A stretch of 64,000 bases of DNA from an uncultured Chloroflexia bacterium (GCA_963720755.1 CAVRGP010000011.1:256001-320000), one strand, 5' to 3'. Numbered from the stretch's first letter, positions 19,429 through 29,556 are shown. Notes: a model not told the origin generated them from the letters alone. Program-made: numbers and translations.

Positions 19429-21660
19429 GTGCGCGCGCGTCCTGTCGTCCCGCTTGATCCGCTGGCCCGCGAGGGGACGTTGCCGGCCGTCCTCGACACC
19501 CCCCCGACCGGTCCCGCGTCGAGGTCGCGCAAGCTCGCCCGGACAACCCGAAGTGATCGACCGATGAACACGGGCGTCACCCGGGAACGGACCGTCTCGA
19601 TCGACCCCGAGCAACCTGGGCGCGATGGTGATCTCGCCGGCAGGCTGGACGCCGTCCTGGAGATCGTCGGCCGTCTGGCCGCATCCCACGATCGGGCCGA
19701 ACTCTTCCAGATGATCGTCGACGCCGCCGACCATGCCCTGCGGGCCGACGTGACCATGTTGCGGTCGCTCGGTGACGATCGCCTGGCCATGGTCGCATCG
19801 GTCGGGCTCTCCGACGAGGAGGCGACCACGCTATCCAGCTTCGGACCGGACGATGGGTTGATCGGTGACGTGCTGCGCACCCGTCGCGCGCTTGCGATCC
19901 CCGACGGTCGCCGGATCGACCCGGACCGATCGGGCGGCGACCCGGGGATCCCGGGCATCGTCGGGTACCTCGCCGCGCCGCTCATCCATGAGGATCGGGT
20001 CTTCGGTGTGCTGTCCGTGATGACTCGCGAGCCACGCTCGTGGACGAGTGGCGACGTCGGTTTCATGACGACCCTCGCTGCGCACGCGGCGATCGCGCTC
20101 AGCAACGCCCGACTGTTCGAGGAGACCGTCGCCCGAGCCGCCCAGCTCGAGGTGCTCCAGGCCGCCTCCGCCCGGATGAGCAGGGCGACCACGATCGAGG
20201 AAGTCGGGCGGACCGTCGTCGAGGAGACCCACGGGATCATCGATTACCACAACGCCCGCGTCTACCTGCTGGAACCTTCCGGCGACCTGGTCCCGATCGC
20301 CTTCGAGGGTCGGCTCGGGGCGTATCAGCAGGTCGACATGGAGCTGCTTCGCTGTCGACTCGGCGAAGGTCTGACGGGCTGGGTCGGCTTGCATGGCGAA
20401 CCCATCCTGGCCAACGACGCGAACCGCGATCCCAGGGGCGCGACGATCGTCGGGACCGACGACATCGACGAATCCATGCTGGTCGTGCCGATGCGCTCGG
20501 ACGGGCAGATGATCGGCGTCGCCACGCTCAGCAAACTCGGACTCGACGGGTTCGGGTCAGACGACCTCCGGTTGCTTGGGATCCTGGCCGACCAGGCCGG
20601 GACTGCGATCGGGTCTGCCCGTCTGCTCAACCGAACGCAGGATCTGGCCCGCGAATTGCGACGGCTCCTGGACATGAGCGCTGAGTTGTCGGGCAGTCTG
20701 GACCCCCGCCAGGTGGCGGAATTGATGGCCGAACACCTGGCCATCGCCATGGGCGTGCCCGACTGCGTGATCTCCTACTGGGACCGTGCCGCGGGTCGTC
20801 TGGAATCGCTCGGCTACTACCCCAGCCACCGCTTGCACGAGATCGAACCGTACTTCGAGGTCGACGGCTTCCCGGAGACTCAGCGCGTCCTGCAGCAGCA
20901 GGCGACCGTGATCATCGATGTGGACGATCCGACCGCGGACCAGGCAGAAGTGACGCTGATGCGGCGCGACGGGAACAAGGTCCTGGCGATGCTGCCGCTC
21001 GTCGCCAAGGGTCAATCGATCGGTCTGGTCGAGCTCGCATCGGGAGATCGGGTCACCTTCAGCTCCGAGCACCTGGAACTCGCGCGGACGATGGCCAACG
21101 AGGCCGCCATGGCACTGGAGAACGCCCGACTCTACGAAGAGGCTCGCAACCTGGCTGACCGGGATCCCCTGACCGGCTTCTACAACCACCGGTTCCTGCA
21201 CGAGCGACTTGGCGAGGAGGTCGTCCGGGCCCAGCGGGCGCGGCGGCCGGTCAGTGTCCTGATGCTCGACCTCGACGACTTCAAGCTCGTCAACGACACG
21301 TTCGGCCACCTGTTCGGCGATCGGGTCTTGACCTGGACGGCTGAGCTCATCCGATCGACCCTGCGAGGCTCCGACATCCCGGCCCGATATGGCGGCGACG
21401 AATTCGCGATCATCCTGCCGGAGACCGACGCCGACGAGGCGCGCACGGCCGCCGATCGGATCCGGGCGGCGTTCCGGGAACGCGCCTTCGTCGGCGAGCA
21501 GCGCGGTCCGGTACCCATCGGCGCATCGATCGGCGCGGCCACCTTCCCGGGAGACGGCCGGACCGGAACGGATCTGATCGCGGCGGCAGATTCGGCGCTC
21601 TATCGAGTGAAGCGGGAAGGCGGGCATGACGCCGAGCCACCGGACGGTCCAGCCGTCTGA
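19429..21660 (+). CDS. diguanylate cyclase with three GAF domains
   Basis: repeated GAF ends (AIALSNARLF, AMALENARLY), DPLTG, RGSD I-site, RYGGDEF; start uncertain (19429 follows a CACCAT -10; 19564 is an alternative). Confidence 0.9.
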   Translation: MRARPVVPLDPLAREGTLPAVLDTPPTGPASRSRKLARTTRSDRPMNTGVTRERTVSIDPEQPGRDGDLAGRLDAVLEIVGRLAASHDRAELFQMIVDAADHALRADVTMLRSLGDDRLAMVASVGLSDEEATTLSSFGPDDGLIGDVLRTRRALAIPDGRRIDPDRSGGDPGIPGIVGYLAAPLIHEDRVFGVLSVMTREPRSWTSGDVGFMTTLAAHAAIALSNARLFEETVARAAQLEVLQAASARMSRATTIEEVGRTVVEETHGIIDYHNARVYLLEPSGDLVPIAFEGRLGAYQQVDMELLRCRLGEGLTGWVGLHGEPILANDANRDPRGATIVGTDDIDESMLVVPMRSDGQMIGVATLSKLGLDGFGSDDLRLLGILADQAGTAIGSARLLNRTQDLARELRRLLDMSAELSGSLDPRQVAELMAEHLAIAMGVPDCVISYWDRAAGRLESLGYYPSHRLHEIEPYFEVDGFPETQRVLQQQATVIIDVDDPTADQAEVTLMRRDGNKVLAMLPLVAKGQSIGLVELASGDRVTFSSEHLELARTMANEAAMALENARLYEEARNLADRDPLTGFYNHRFLHERLGEEVVRAQRARRPVSVLMLDLDDFKLVNDTFGHLFGDRVLTWTAELIRSTLRGSDIPARYGGDEFAIILPETDADEARTAADRIRAAFRERAFVGEQRGPVPIGASIGAATFPGDGRTGTDLIAAADSALYRVKREGGHDAEPPDGPAV

Positions 21661-21769
21661 GTGCGGGCGATCCGGACGGATCGAGACCAACGGATCCTGA
21701 CCGGCAGCCACCAGTACCACGACCCGGGATGGACGCCGGGCACACGGACCGCCATCCTCTATCCCTGAC

Positions 21770-23158
21770 GTGAGCGACCGCCTCGACCCGCATGCCTCGC
21801 CACCCGAGACACCCGAGCGCCAGATCCGGCGGCGGTGGTGGGTGTTCGCCACCTCGTACGCGGTCCTCGGTCTGCTGACGGTCGCCCGGCTGGGCTCCGG
21901 AGCGGTCGGGCCTGCCGACATCCTGATCGTGGCCCTGGTCGTCGTCGTCGGGGTCGCCGCGGTGCGCCACCGCGAGGCCGTCGCCGCGCTCGAGGTGGGG
22001 CGCCGCGAGGAGGCCGAGTCGTTCACCCGGATCCTGTCCAGTCTGTCGCGGTCGGTGTCTCCCGATGCGATCCTGAGTGCCATCGTCACCGAGCTTGCCG
22101 CGGCGACCGGCGCCGACCACATCGTCGTCGCCCGGCGACGGCCGGACGCACGGATCCTGGACGCGACGCTGGTCAGCGCCCGCCCGGGCGTCCCGGACTC
22201 GACGACGCGGCTGCCGATCGGCGACCTCGACGACCCGATCGGGCCCATCGACCGAGCCGCCGATCGAGAGGCCGTAGGTATCCCGATCGTTGCCGACGCC
22301 CACGAACCGGTCGCTGCCGGTCGCCTGCGCAGCACGATCGATGGATTGACCAGCTGGTTGGTCGCGGGAGCGCCACGGCCAACGTTCGCATCGCCAGCCG
22401 GGGCGTCCTCGACCCCGCCACCGATCCAGCGTCTGCCCGCCGAGCGCCAGCAGGTCGCCGACCGGATCGCCTCCCGGACCCGCCCGGTCTACGGGCTGAT
22501 GAACACGCTGGCGGCGCCGCTCACCTCAGATGGTGTCGTCATCGGTGCGATCGTCCTGTCGCGCCGAACGACCGGGGTCTGGCCGGCGACCACCCGGCGC
22601 CTCCTCGCGGGGGCTGCGACCGAGGCGTCGTCTGCTCTGTCGCGCGCCTACTCACTGCGGGCGGCCGAGGCCCACGCCACGACTGACGCACTGACCGGCC
22701 TTCCCAATCGCCGCTACTTCGATGAATTCTGCGGACTGCTGGCCAGGCGTCGACGGACCGGCGATGCGGTCGGGGTCCTGATGATCGATATCGATCGGTT
22801 CAAGGTCCTCAACGACACCTACGGTCACGCGACCGGCGACGAAGTCCTTCGGTCGGTCGGAGGGGCGATCGTGTCAGCTGTCCGGGAGGACGACGTCCCG
22901 GCCCGTTACGGTGGCGAGGAGTTCGTGGTCATCCTGCGGCGCCCATCACCCGAGGTGGCGCTCGAGGTCGGGGAGCGGGTGCGCGCCGCGGTTGCCGCTC
23001 TGGACCTGGCGAGGGTCGGCGTTCCCGGCGTCAGCGTCTCGGTCGGCGTCGCGGTCGATCGCGGGGTCGGTCGCTCGATCGGCGAGTTGACGGCGGAGGC
23101 GGATGCCGCCCTGTATCGGGCCAAGCGCGCCGGCCGGGATCGAGTCGTGGCGGCCTGA
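21770..23158 (+). CDS. membrane-anchored GAF-like diguanylate cyclase
   Basis: two N-terminal hydrophobic helices, TDALTGLPNRR, REDD I-site, RYGGEEF. Confidence 0.88.
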   Translation: MSDRLDPHASPPETPERQIRRRWWVFATSYAVLGLLTVARLGSGAVGPADILIVALVVVVGVAAVRHREAVAALEVGRREEAESFTRILSSLSRSVSPDAILSAIVTELAAATGADHIVVARRRPDARILDATLVSARPGVPDSTTRLPIGDLDDPIGPIDRAADREAVGIPIVADAHEPVAAGRLRSTIDGLTSWLVAGAPRPTFASPAGASSTPPPIQRLPAERQQVADRIASRTRPVYGLMNTLAAPLTSDGVVIGAIVLSRRTTGVWPATTRRLLAGAATEASSALSRAYSLRAAEAHATTDALTGLPNRRYFDEFCGLLARRRRTGDAVGVLMIDIDRFKVLNDTYGHATGDEVLRSVGGAIVSAVREDDVPARYGGEEFVVILRRPSPEVALEVGERVRAAVAALDLARVGVPGVSVSVGVAVDRGVGRSIGELTAEADAALYRAKRAGRDRVVAA

Positions 23159-23200
23159 GGCTGCGTCCGGGCGGCGCGGCCCAGGGCGTACCATCCGGGC

Positions 23201-25024
23201 GTGTCCGATCCACCCCCGACGTTGTCCAACGGCGACCTGGCGCGCATCTTCCACGAGATCGGCGACATGCTCGAGATCCAGGGCGAGCTCGTCTTCAAGA
23301 CCGTCGCCTACCATCGGGCCGCCGACACGATCGGCCGCAGTCCGGTCGACATCGCGTCCGCCTATCGATCCGGGTCACCGCCCCAGATCCCGGGCGTCGG
23401 CAAGGCCATCAGCGACAAGCTGGCCGAGCTGGCGACGACCGGTCACCTCGCGTTCTACGACCGGCTCCGCGAGGCGGTCCCTCCTGGGCTGCTGGAGATC
23501 CTGGAGATCCAGGGCCTGGGGCCGAAGACCGTCCGGCAATTGCACGAGGAGCTTGGGATCGAGTCGGTCGACGACCTCCGTCGAGCCGCCGAGACCGGGC
23601 AGCTGCGCACGCTGCGCGGGATGTCCTCCCGAACGGAGACACTCGTCCTCGACGGGATCGCGCGACTCGGGGACCGCTCCAGGCGGATGCGTCTCGATCG
23701 CGCGAAGGAGCTTGTCGACGCGCTGATCGACGGCCTGGCGGGGATGCCCGGCGTCCGGTCACTGGAGCCGGCCGGATCGTTCCGTCGCCGGAAGGAGTCG
23801 ATCGGCGATCTCGATCTCCTCGTGGAGACCGACGAGCCGTCGCTGCTGATCGACGCATTCACCGGGATCCGGTCGGTCGCTGCGGTGATCGACCACGGGA
23901 CGGCCAAGGCCTCGGTCGCCATGGACGCGGGGCCACGGGTCGACCTGATGGTCATGCCGCCAGGCGAGGCCGGGACCTACCGGATCCACTTCACGGGGTC
24001 GAAGGAACACAACGTCCGGCTCCGGGCCATGGCGCGCGACCAGGGCTGGAGCCTGTCCGAGAAGGGGTTCCTTCGGATCGACGACGACGGTCGGCCGCAG
24101 GCCGGGGCGGCCGCCGAGCTGCGGACGTTCGCGACTGAGCTCGAGGCCTACGCCTTCCTCGGATTGCCGTTCATCGAACCCGAGCTGCGCGAGGATATGG
24201 GAGAGATCGCCGCCGCCCTCGCCGGACGGCTGCCCGCCCTCATCGAACTCAGCGACCTTCGCGGCGACCTCCACAGTCACTCCGACTGGTCGGACGGTCA
24301 CCAGCCGATCGAGGTCATGGCCGAGGCGGCGCGCAAGCGCGGGTACGCGTATCAGGTCCTGACCGACCATTCCCGGTCGCTGGCGATCGCCCGTGGCCTG
24401 ACCCCGGAGCGAGTCGAGCGTCAGCGAGAGGTCATCGCCGGCCTCAACGCCGGGTATGCCGCCGAGGAAGCCGCCGGAACGGTCCCGCCGGGTGCCTCGA
24501 CGGAGGGTTTTCGCCTCCTCCACGGCTGCGAGCTCGAGATCCGGGCCGATGGCCAACTCGACTTCGACGATGCCCTGCTGGCGCGGTTCGACGTCGTCGT
24601 GGCATCCGTCCATGTCGCCCGGCGGCAGTCCAGGGAAGAGTTGACGCGGCGGACGCTCAATGCGATCCGCAGCCCCCACGTCGACGTCATCGCCCATCCG
24701 TCGGGCCGCAAGATCGGCGAGCGGGACGACCTCGACCTGGATTGGGATCCGATCTACGCCGAGGCCGCCCGAACGGGCACGGTGCTCGAGATGAATGGCT
24801 CGCCGGCACGCCTGGATCTGGCGGTCGAGCGTGCCCGGCGGGCCGTCGAACTCGGTTGTCTGGTGGCGATCGATTCGGATGCCCACGACCTCGATGAACT
24901 CGACTACGTCCGGTGGGGGATCAGCCAGGCGCGCCGAGCCTGGGTCACGGCCGAGGCGGTGCTCAACACCCGATCACGAGCGGATCTGCTGGCGTGGACA
25001 GCCGGGAAGGACGGACGTCTGTGA
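23201..25024 (+). CDS. polX: DNA polymerase X / PHP domain fusion
   Basis: IPGVGKAI and GLGPKT HhH motifs, GSFRR..GDLD, FTGSKEHN; PHP motifs DLHSHSDWSDG, TDHS, HPSGR, DSDAH. Confidence 0.95.
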   Translation: MSDPPPTLSNGDLARIFHEIGDMLEIQGELVFKTVAYHRAADTIGRSPVDIASAYRSGSPPQIPGVGKAISDKLAELATTGHLAFYDRLREAVPPGLLEILEIQGLGPKTVRQLHEELGIESVDDLRRAAETGQLRTLRGMSSRTETLVLDGIARLGDRSRRMRLDRAKELVDALIDGLAGMPGVRSLEPAGSFRRRKESIGDLDLLVETDEPSLLIDAFTGIRSVAAVIDHGTAKASVAMDAGPRVDLMVMPPGEAGTYRIHFTGSKEHNVRLRAMARDQGWSLSEKGFLRIDDDGRPQAGAAAELRTFATELEAYAFLGLPFIEPELREDMGEIAAALAGRLPALIELSDLRGDLHSHSDWSDGHQPIEVMAEAARKRGYAYQVLTDHSRSLAIARGLTPERVERQREVIAGLNAGYAAEEAAGTVPPGASTEGFRLLHGCELEIRADGQLDFDDALLARFDVVVASVHVARRQSREELTRRTLNAIRSPHVDVIAHPSGRKIGERDDLDLDWDPIYAEAARTGTVLEMNGSPARLDLAVERARRAVELGCLVAIDSDAHDLDELDYVRWGISQARRAWVTAEAVLNTRSRADLLAWTAGKDGRL

Positions 25025-25851
25025 TCGGCCCGCGCTCATCGGCCGAGATCGAAGACCGCGCGGCACGTCGCGACCTGGCCCTCCTTGCGGTCACGATCGT
25101 CGGGTTGTCCCGGCTGGTCGAACCTCCGATCATCTGGTTGGTGGCCGCCGCCCTGCTCGCCGCGATGATGCTCGGGACGCTCCAGGTGCTCCACGACGAA
25201 GCGGCTCCGGCCCAGGTCTGGTTCGGGGTCCCGATCGAGTCGGTGATCGTGCCCTCGGTGGCCGCGGTCGCCTGCCTTGGGGCCATCCGCCTCGTCCCAT
25301 TCGGGCTCTGGCTCGCCCCCGCCCTCCTGATGACCTGGTTGATCGTCGGTCGCACGCTGGCGCTCGAGAGTCGGATCCACCGGTCCGGGACCGGCCTGTC
25401 CGAGGACGAACGGACGGCCCTGCTGGTCACGATCCTTCTGGTCGCCTTCCTTGCCTTCACCGGGATCGCCGCGATGGTGCCCGGCGGCCTCGTCCAGGCC
25501 GGAGGCGCGCTGCCCGAGAACGACCTGATCATCCTCGCCGCCGGCGACGCACTGGTGGCGGGGCTGCTCGGCTATCGGGTCGCTGCGTTGCGAACCACGA
25601 CCGCGCGCGAAGCGTTGTGGGCGGCGGCCACGTACGCCCTGGCCATCGCGGTCGGCGCGTCGGCACTGCGGGCGATGGAGATCCCGCGGCTGGTCGGACC
25701 GGCGCTGCTCACCCTGGCCTTCTACCTGTGGGATGCGTTCATCGGCACCGCGCCATCACACCGGCGTCGGATCGGCTGGATCGCGCGTTTCGGACTCCTG
25801 GCCGCGCTCGGCGTCCTCGTGGCCGTCTGGAACCTGTTGCTGCGCTCCTGA
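25021..25851 (+). CDS. multi-pass membrane protein of unknown function
   Basis: GTGA overlap with the polX stop; about 8 hydrophobic segments. Confidence 0.75.
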   Translation: MIGPRSSAEIEDRAARRDLALLAVTIVGLSRLVEPPIIWLVAAALLAAMMLGTLQVLHDEAAPAQVWFGVPIESVIVPSVAAVACLGAIRLVPFGLWLAPALLMTWLIVGRTLALESRIHRSGTGLSEDERTALLVTILLVAFLAFTGIAAMVPGGLVQAGGALPENDLIILAAGDALVAGLLGYRVAALRTTTAREALWAAATYALAIAVGASALRAMEIPRLVGPALLTLAFYLWDAFIGTAPSHRRRIGWIARFGLLAALGVLVAVWNLLLRS

Positions 25852-25860
25852 GCGCTTCGT

Positions 25861-25889
25861 TTGACGCGCCGCCCGGACGGTGCTAGAAA
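25861..25889 (+). promoter_or_regulatory. putative sigma-70 promoter
   Basis: TTGACG, 17 bp, TAGAAA with extended TG, upstream of the TPR gene. Confidence 0.45.
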
Positions 25890-25982
25890 GCATGCTGGCT
25901 CCAGCGCAGCCGATACGCGCGCGCCCATCGCGCCCCGACCCGCCTTCCCGATCCCGCCGCGCCCCGAAAGGACGACCCCCTC

Positions 25983-26840
25983 GTGACCTTCCCCGATGTC
26001 GAGACCAGCGCCCAGAGCCCGGTCAATCTGAACCGCCAGAAGCGGCAACTGGCCGATCAGGCGATCGCTCAGGCAACGGCCGCGCAGTGGGCAGAATCGG
26101 CGGCGACGAACCGGCGCCTCCTCGAGCTCGGCCCCGACGCGGAGGCCGAGAACAGGCTGGCCAAGTCCCTGTGGGAACTCGGCGAGCTCGGAGCTGCGCG
26201 AGAGCACTACCAGACGGCCCTCGCTCTCGATCCGACCAACCGGATCGCCGAGCGCAACATCGACCGGCTCAAGGTGTTGCTCGTGGCGGCCGGGGAGAAG
26301 ACCGTTCCGGCCCAGGAGGGCAGCAAGGCCCCGGTCGGCATCTTCGTCGAGGAGACCGGCAAGACCGGCTTCGCGTTCCTGACCGACCTCGCCAGTCCGC
26401 GCGAACTCGCCCAGGTCAACCCGGGTGACTCGGTCGAACTCACGCCCGAAGGCAACAGGCTGATCGCCCACAGCAATGGTGTGCGGATCGGGGTCGTGGA
26501 ACCGCGCGTCGCGGCCCGGCTGCTCAAGCTCATCGCCGACGGGAACAAGTACGCCGCCGGCGTGACCTCGCTCGGCGACAAGGACGTCCGGATCATCCTG
26601 CGAGAGACCTTCCAGGACCCCGCCAACTACGGCAAGGTCAGCTTCCCGACCGCGGCGAAGTCGACCGACCTGCGACCGTATACCAAGGGCACCCTCGTTC
26701 GTGAGGAGATCGAACTCGAGGAGGATCTGGAGGACGACGAGGAGGACGACGAGATCGAGGATCTCGATCGCGTCCTGCCCCCGGACTCCACGACGGACGA
26801 GGCCTTCGAGGACGAACCGGACGAGTCGGACGAAGCGTAG
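25983..26840 (+). CDS. TPR protein with HIRAN-like domain and acidic C-terminal tail
   Basis: TPR AENRLAKSLWELGELGAAREHYQTALALDPTN; GVRIGVV..RVAARL..LIADG.KY; tail rich in E/D. Confidence 0.75.
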   Translation: MTFPDVETSAQSPVNLNRQKRQLADQAIAQATAAQWAESAATNRRLLELGPDAEAENRLAKSLWELGELGAAREHYQTALALDPTNRIAERNIDRLKVLLVAAGEKTVPAQEGSKAPVGIFVEETGKTGFAFLTDLASPRELAQVNPGDSVELTPEGNRLIAHSNGVRIGVVEPRVAARLLKLIADGNKYAAGVTSLGDKDVRIILRETFQDPANYGKVSFPTAAKSTDLRPYTKGTLVREEIELEEDLEDDEEDDEIEDLDRVLPPDSTTDEAFEDEPDESDEA

Positions 26841-26904
26841 CTCTCCGGCCCGGTGACGGGTCGCTCAGGTTCGACGCTCCCCAGCGTCCGCTAGCATCTG
26901 TCCG

Positions 26905-29556
26905 ATGAGCGGTCGCGGATCCTCCGGCGCCCAGGCGGGCGAATCCCTGCCCTTGTTCGATCGGCTTGCGCCTGCTCCGCCGCCATCCATCGTGGCCGCC
27001 CGGATCGATGCGCACTCGGGCCCGGGAGATGTCGTCGCGGATCTGTTCGGTCGCGGGGGATGGGTCGCTCGAGCGGCCGTCGATCGTCAGCGCCGGGCCG
27101 TCTCGCTGGAATCGGACCCGCTGACGCGAATGCTCGCAGAAGTGGTCCTTCGGCCGCCGGACGTCCGCCATCTCGATGCAGCCTTCCAGGGTCTGGCCGC
27201 CTCGCCGCGGGGGGATTCGGGTCTCAAGACCTCGATCGGCGACATGTTCGCCACGCGCTGTGCGACGTGTCAACGCATGCTGGTCGCCGACGAGATCAGC
27301 TGGGCGGTCGATGATGACGCCTCGATCGCCGGTCGGGTTCGACCGGTTGAACGGCACTACCGGTGCACGGTCTGTCGCGATCAGCGCGGCGGGTCGGAGC
27401 ATCGCCAGGAGCCCATGGATCGAGACGATCTCCGGCGGGCAACCGCCGACGTCGGCGCCGACGAGATGCGGGCCACCTTGCTTGCCCGATTCCCCGTGGT
27501 CGATGGTGCGGAGTCGCTGCCTCGCGAACTGCTCGACCTGCACACCGACCGCCAGCTCGTCGGTCTCGGCGCGATCCTCGATCGGATCGAGACCGACCTC
27601 CGGGCGGCCCCGGTGATGGCGGCCCTTCGCCTGGCCCTCTCGAGTGCCGTCCTGCCGGCCAGTCGTCTCGGGACCGGAACGGGCCGCCACGCCGCGCTGC
27701 GGATCTCGTCCGCCCACGTTCGGGCGCAGACGGGGACACGGATGCGGGAGCGGAATCCGTGGCTGGCCTTCGAAGATGGTTTCCGGCTTGTGCGCGGGTT
27801 CGTCCAGCATCTGGACAGCGGACCGTACGGCCCGATCCAGGCACGCCTCGGCGAGGACCTGCGCAGCCTCGGCGAGGGCGCGGCGACGGCGTTCATCGGT
27901 CTGGCGACGCAGGATGGCTCGGTCGCCCTGCGGGCCGAACCCGACACGTCCGGCCGCTCGAGCCCGGCAGCGCGCATCCGCCTGACCCTTGGACAGCCGC
28001 CGATGCGCCCCAGCCTCGACCGTCTCGCGGTCGCGTATCACGCCACGTCGTGGGCACTCGGACGCGACGCGGCGGCGTTGCTTCCGATCGGGTCCCTGGC
28101 GAGTCCGTCGGTCCGACGGTCCTGGGGGCAGCAGGCGACGATGATCGGCGACGCCCTGGCGCAGTTGGCGCCGGCCATGGCCAAGGACGGACGCATCGTC
28201 CAGCTCGTTGACGGCGGGCCGGAAGCGGTCGTGGCCACCGTGATCGCTGGTGCCCGGGCGGGTTGCCGGCTGCTCGCCGTGCACCTGGCTGACCTGGATG
28301 GGGTCGGCACATCGATCGTCGAGTTGCTGCCACCGGGTGGCCGCCTGCCCCCAGGTGCTCGGACTCGTGCCAATGTCCACCTGGATGCCGTGACGGGCGG
28401 AGCCGGCGATGCCGCCATCGTGTCGTCTTCCCGATTGTTTGCGCCACCGGAGCGGTTCGATGACCGGACGTTCTCGGCCAGCGAGGCCGCGAAGGTCGTC
28501 ACGGTCGCGGCCGTCGAGACCCTGTGTACCCGGGGGGAGCCCGCGCGGTACGAGCACCTGCTCGGCGAGATCCTCATCGGTCTCGATCGCTCCGGCCAGC
28601 TCCACCGCCTGGTCGCCGAGGATCGCGCGACCGATGCGTCCGGTGTCGATATCGGATCCGGGCCGGACCCGGTCGACCGCTTGATGGCGCTCATCCGCGA
28701 TGAGCTCGAACGGCCCACCCAGGGCCGGGTCAGCGAGATCGAACCGGGCCGCTGGTGGTTGGCCGACCCGGGCGATCTGGCCGACACGGCCGTCCCGTTG
28801 TCCGATCGGGTCGAATGGGCGGCCTTCAGTCTCCTGTCGACGGCCGGCCCCATGTCGGAGACCGCATTCTTTGATCGCATGGGGACCATGTTCAGCGGGC
28901 CTGACCTGGCCGATGACGATCTGGTCCGAGCATGCCTGGAGAGCTATCGCAGTGCTTCCAGCGACCCGGAGCGGGTCTCCACCGACGACGACCTGCTGGC
29001 GCGAAGCCAGGAGCATACCGAGTTGCTCGGCGCGATCGCCGGAGCCGGTCATCGGCTGGGGATGCGCGTCTGGATCAGTCGGCGGGAGCAGACCCGACGC
29101 CTCGGCGGTCGAGCGCTCGGCGACATCCTGGAGGGCATCGAGCAGCGGCCCTACCTGGGGACGATCGGGCCCGCCGTTGAACAGATCGCGGACGTCGACG
29201 CCATCTGGTACGTTCGCGGCAAGCTGGCGTTCCTGTTCGAGGTCGAGTGGACCGCGATGCTCGGCGAGCCACTGCTTCGGCGGCACGCATCGATCCCCGG
29301 CAACGATTCGATCGTTCGGTTCCTGGTGATCGCGCCGGAGCGGGTCGAACTCGTCCGCTACAAGCTGGCAGCGTCGCCGCTCCTCCGAGCCGCCATCGAC
29401 GTCGGGCCGTGGCACATCATCCGGTCCGACCACCTCCGTGCCTTCCTCGCCCGGGATCCGCTCCAGATCGGCGATCTCGAGCCGTTCCTGGGCCTCGATC
29501 CGGCCGTCGGCCGGTCGGCCGAGCAGATGCCGCTCTTCAACGAGGACTCGGCCTGA
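26905..29556 (+). CDS. large protein with degenerate DNA methyltransferase-like N-half, Zn ribbon and C-terminal PD-(D/E)XK-like domain
   Basis: GPGDVVADLFGRGG (motif I-like), CATC/CTVC, LGQPPM (motif IV-like), DVDAIW...LFEVEWT; TAGCAT -10 upstream. Confidence 0.65.
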   Translation: MSGRGSSGAQAGESLPLFDRLAPAPPPSIVAARIDAHSGPGDVVADLFGRGGWVARAAVDRQRRAVSLESDPLTRMLAEVVLRPPDVRHLDAAFQGLAASPRGDSGLKTSIGDMFATRCATCQRMLVADEISWAVDDDASIAGRVRPVERHYRCTVCRDQRGGSEHRQEPMDRDDLRRATADVGADEMRATLLARFPVVDGAESLPRELLDLHTDRQLVGLGAILDRIETDLRAAPVMAALRLALSSAVLPASRLGTGTGRHAALRISSAHVRAQTGTRMRERNPWLAFEDGFRLVRGFVQHLDSGPYGPIQARLGEDLRSLGEGAATAFIGLATQDGSVALRAEPDTSGRSSPAARIRLTLGQPPMRPSLDRLAVAYHATSWALGRDAAALLPIGSLASPSVRRSWGQQATMIGDALAQLAPAMAKDGRIVQLVDGGPEAVVATVIAGARAGCRLLAVHLADLDGVGTSIVELLPPGGRLPPGARTRANVHLDAVTGGAGDAAIVSSSRLFAPPERFDDRTFSASEAAKVVTVAAVETLCTRGEPARYEHLLGEILIGLDRSGQLHRLVAEDRATDASGVDIGSGPDPVDRLMALIRDELERPTQGRVSEIEPGRWWLADPGDLADTAVPLSDRVEWAAFSLLSTAGPMSETAFFDRMGTMFSGPDLADDDLVRACLESYRSASSDPERVSTDDDLLARSQEHTELLGAIAGAGHRLGMRVWISRREQTRRLGGRALGDILEGIEQRPYLGTIGPAVEQIADVDAIWYVRGKLAFLFEVEWTAMLGEPLLRRHASIPGNDSIVRFLVIAPERVELVRYKLAASPLLRAAIDVGPWHIIRSDHLRAFLARDPLQIGDLEPFLGLDPAVGRSAEQMPLFNEDSA

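Noticed and set aside
26700-26840. Repetitive GAG/GAC-rich stretch
   Set aside because: It encodes the acidic protein tail and is not a DNA repeat array or CRISPR
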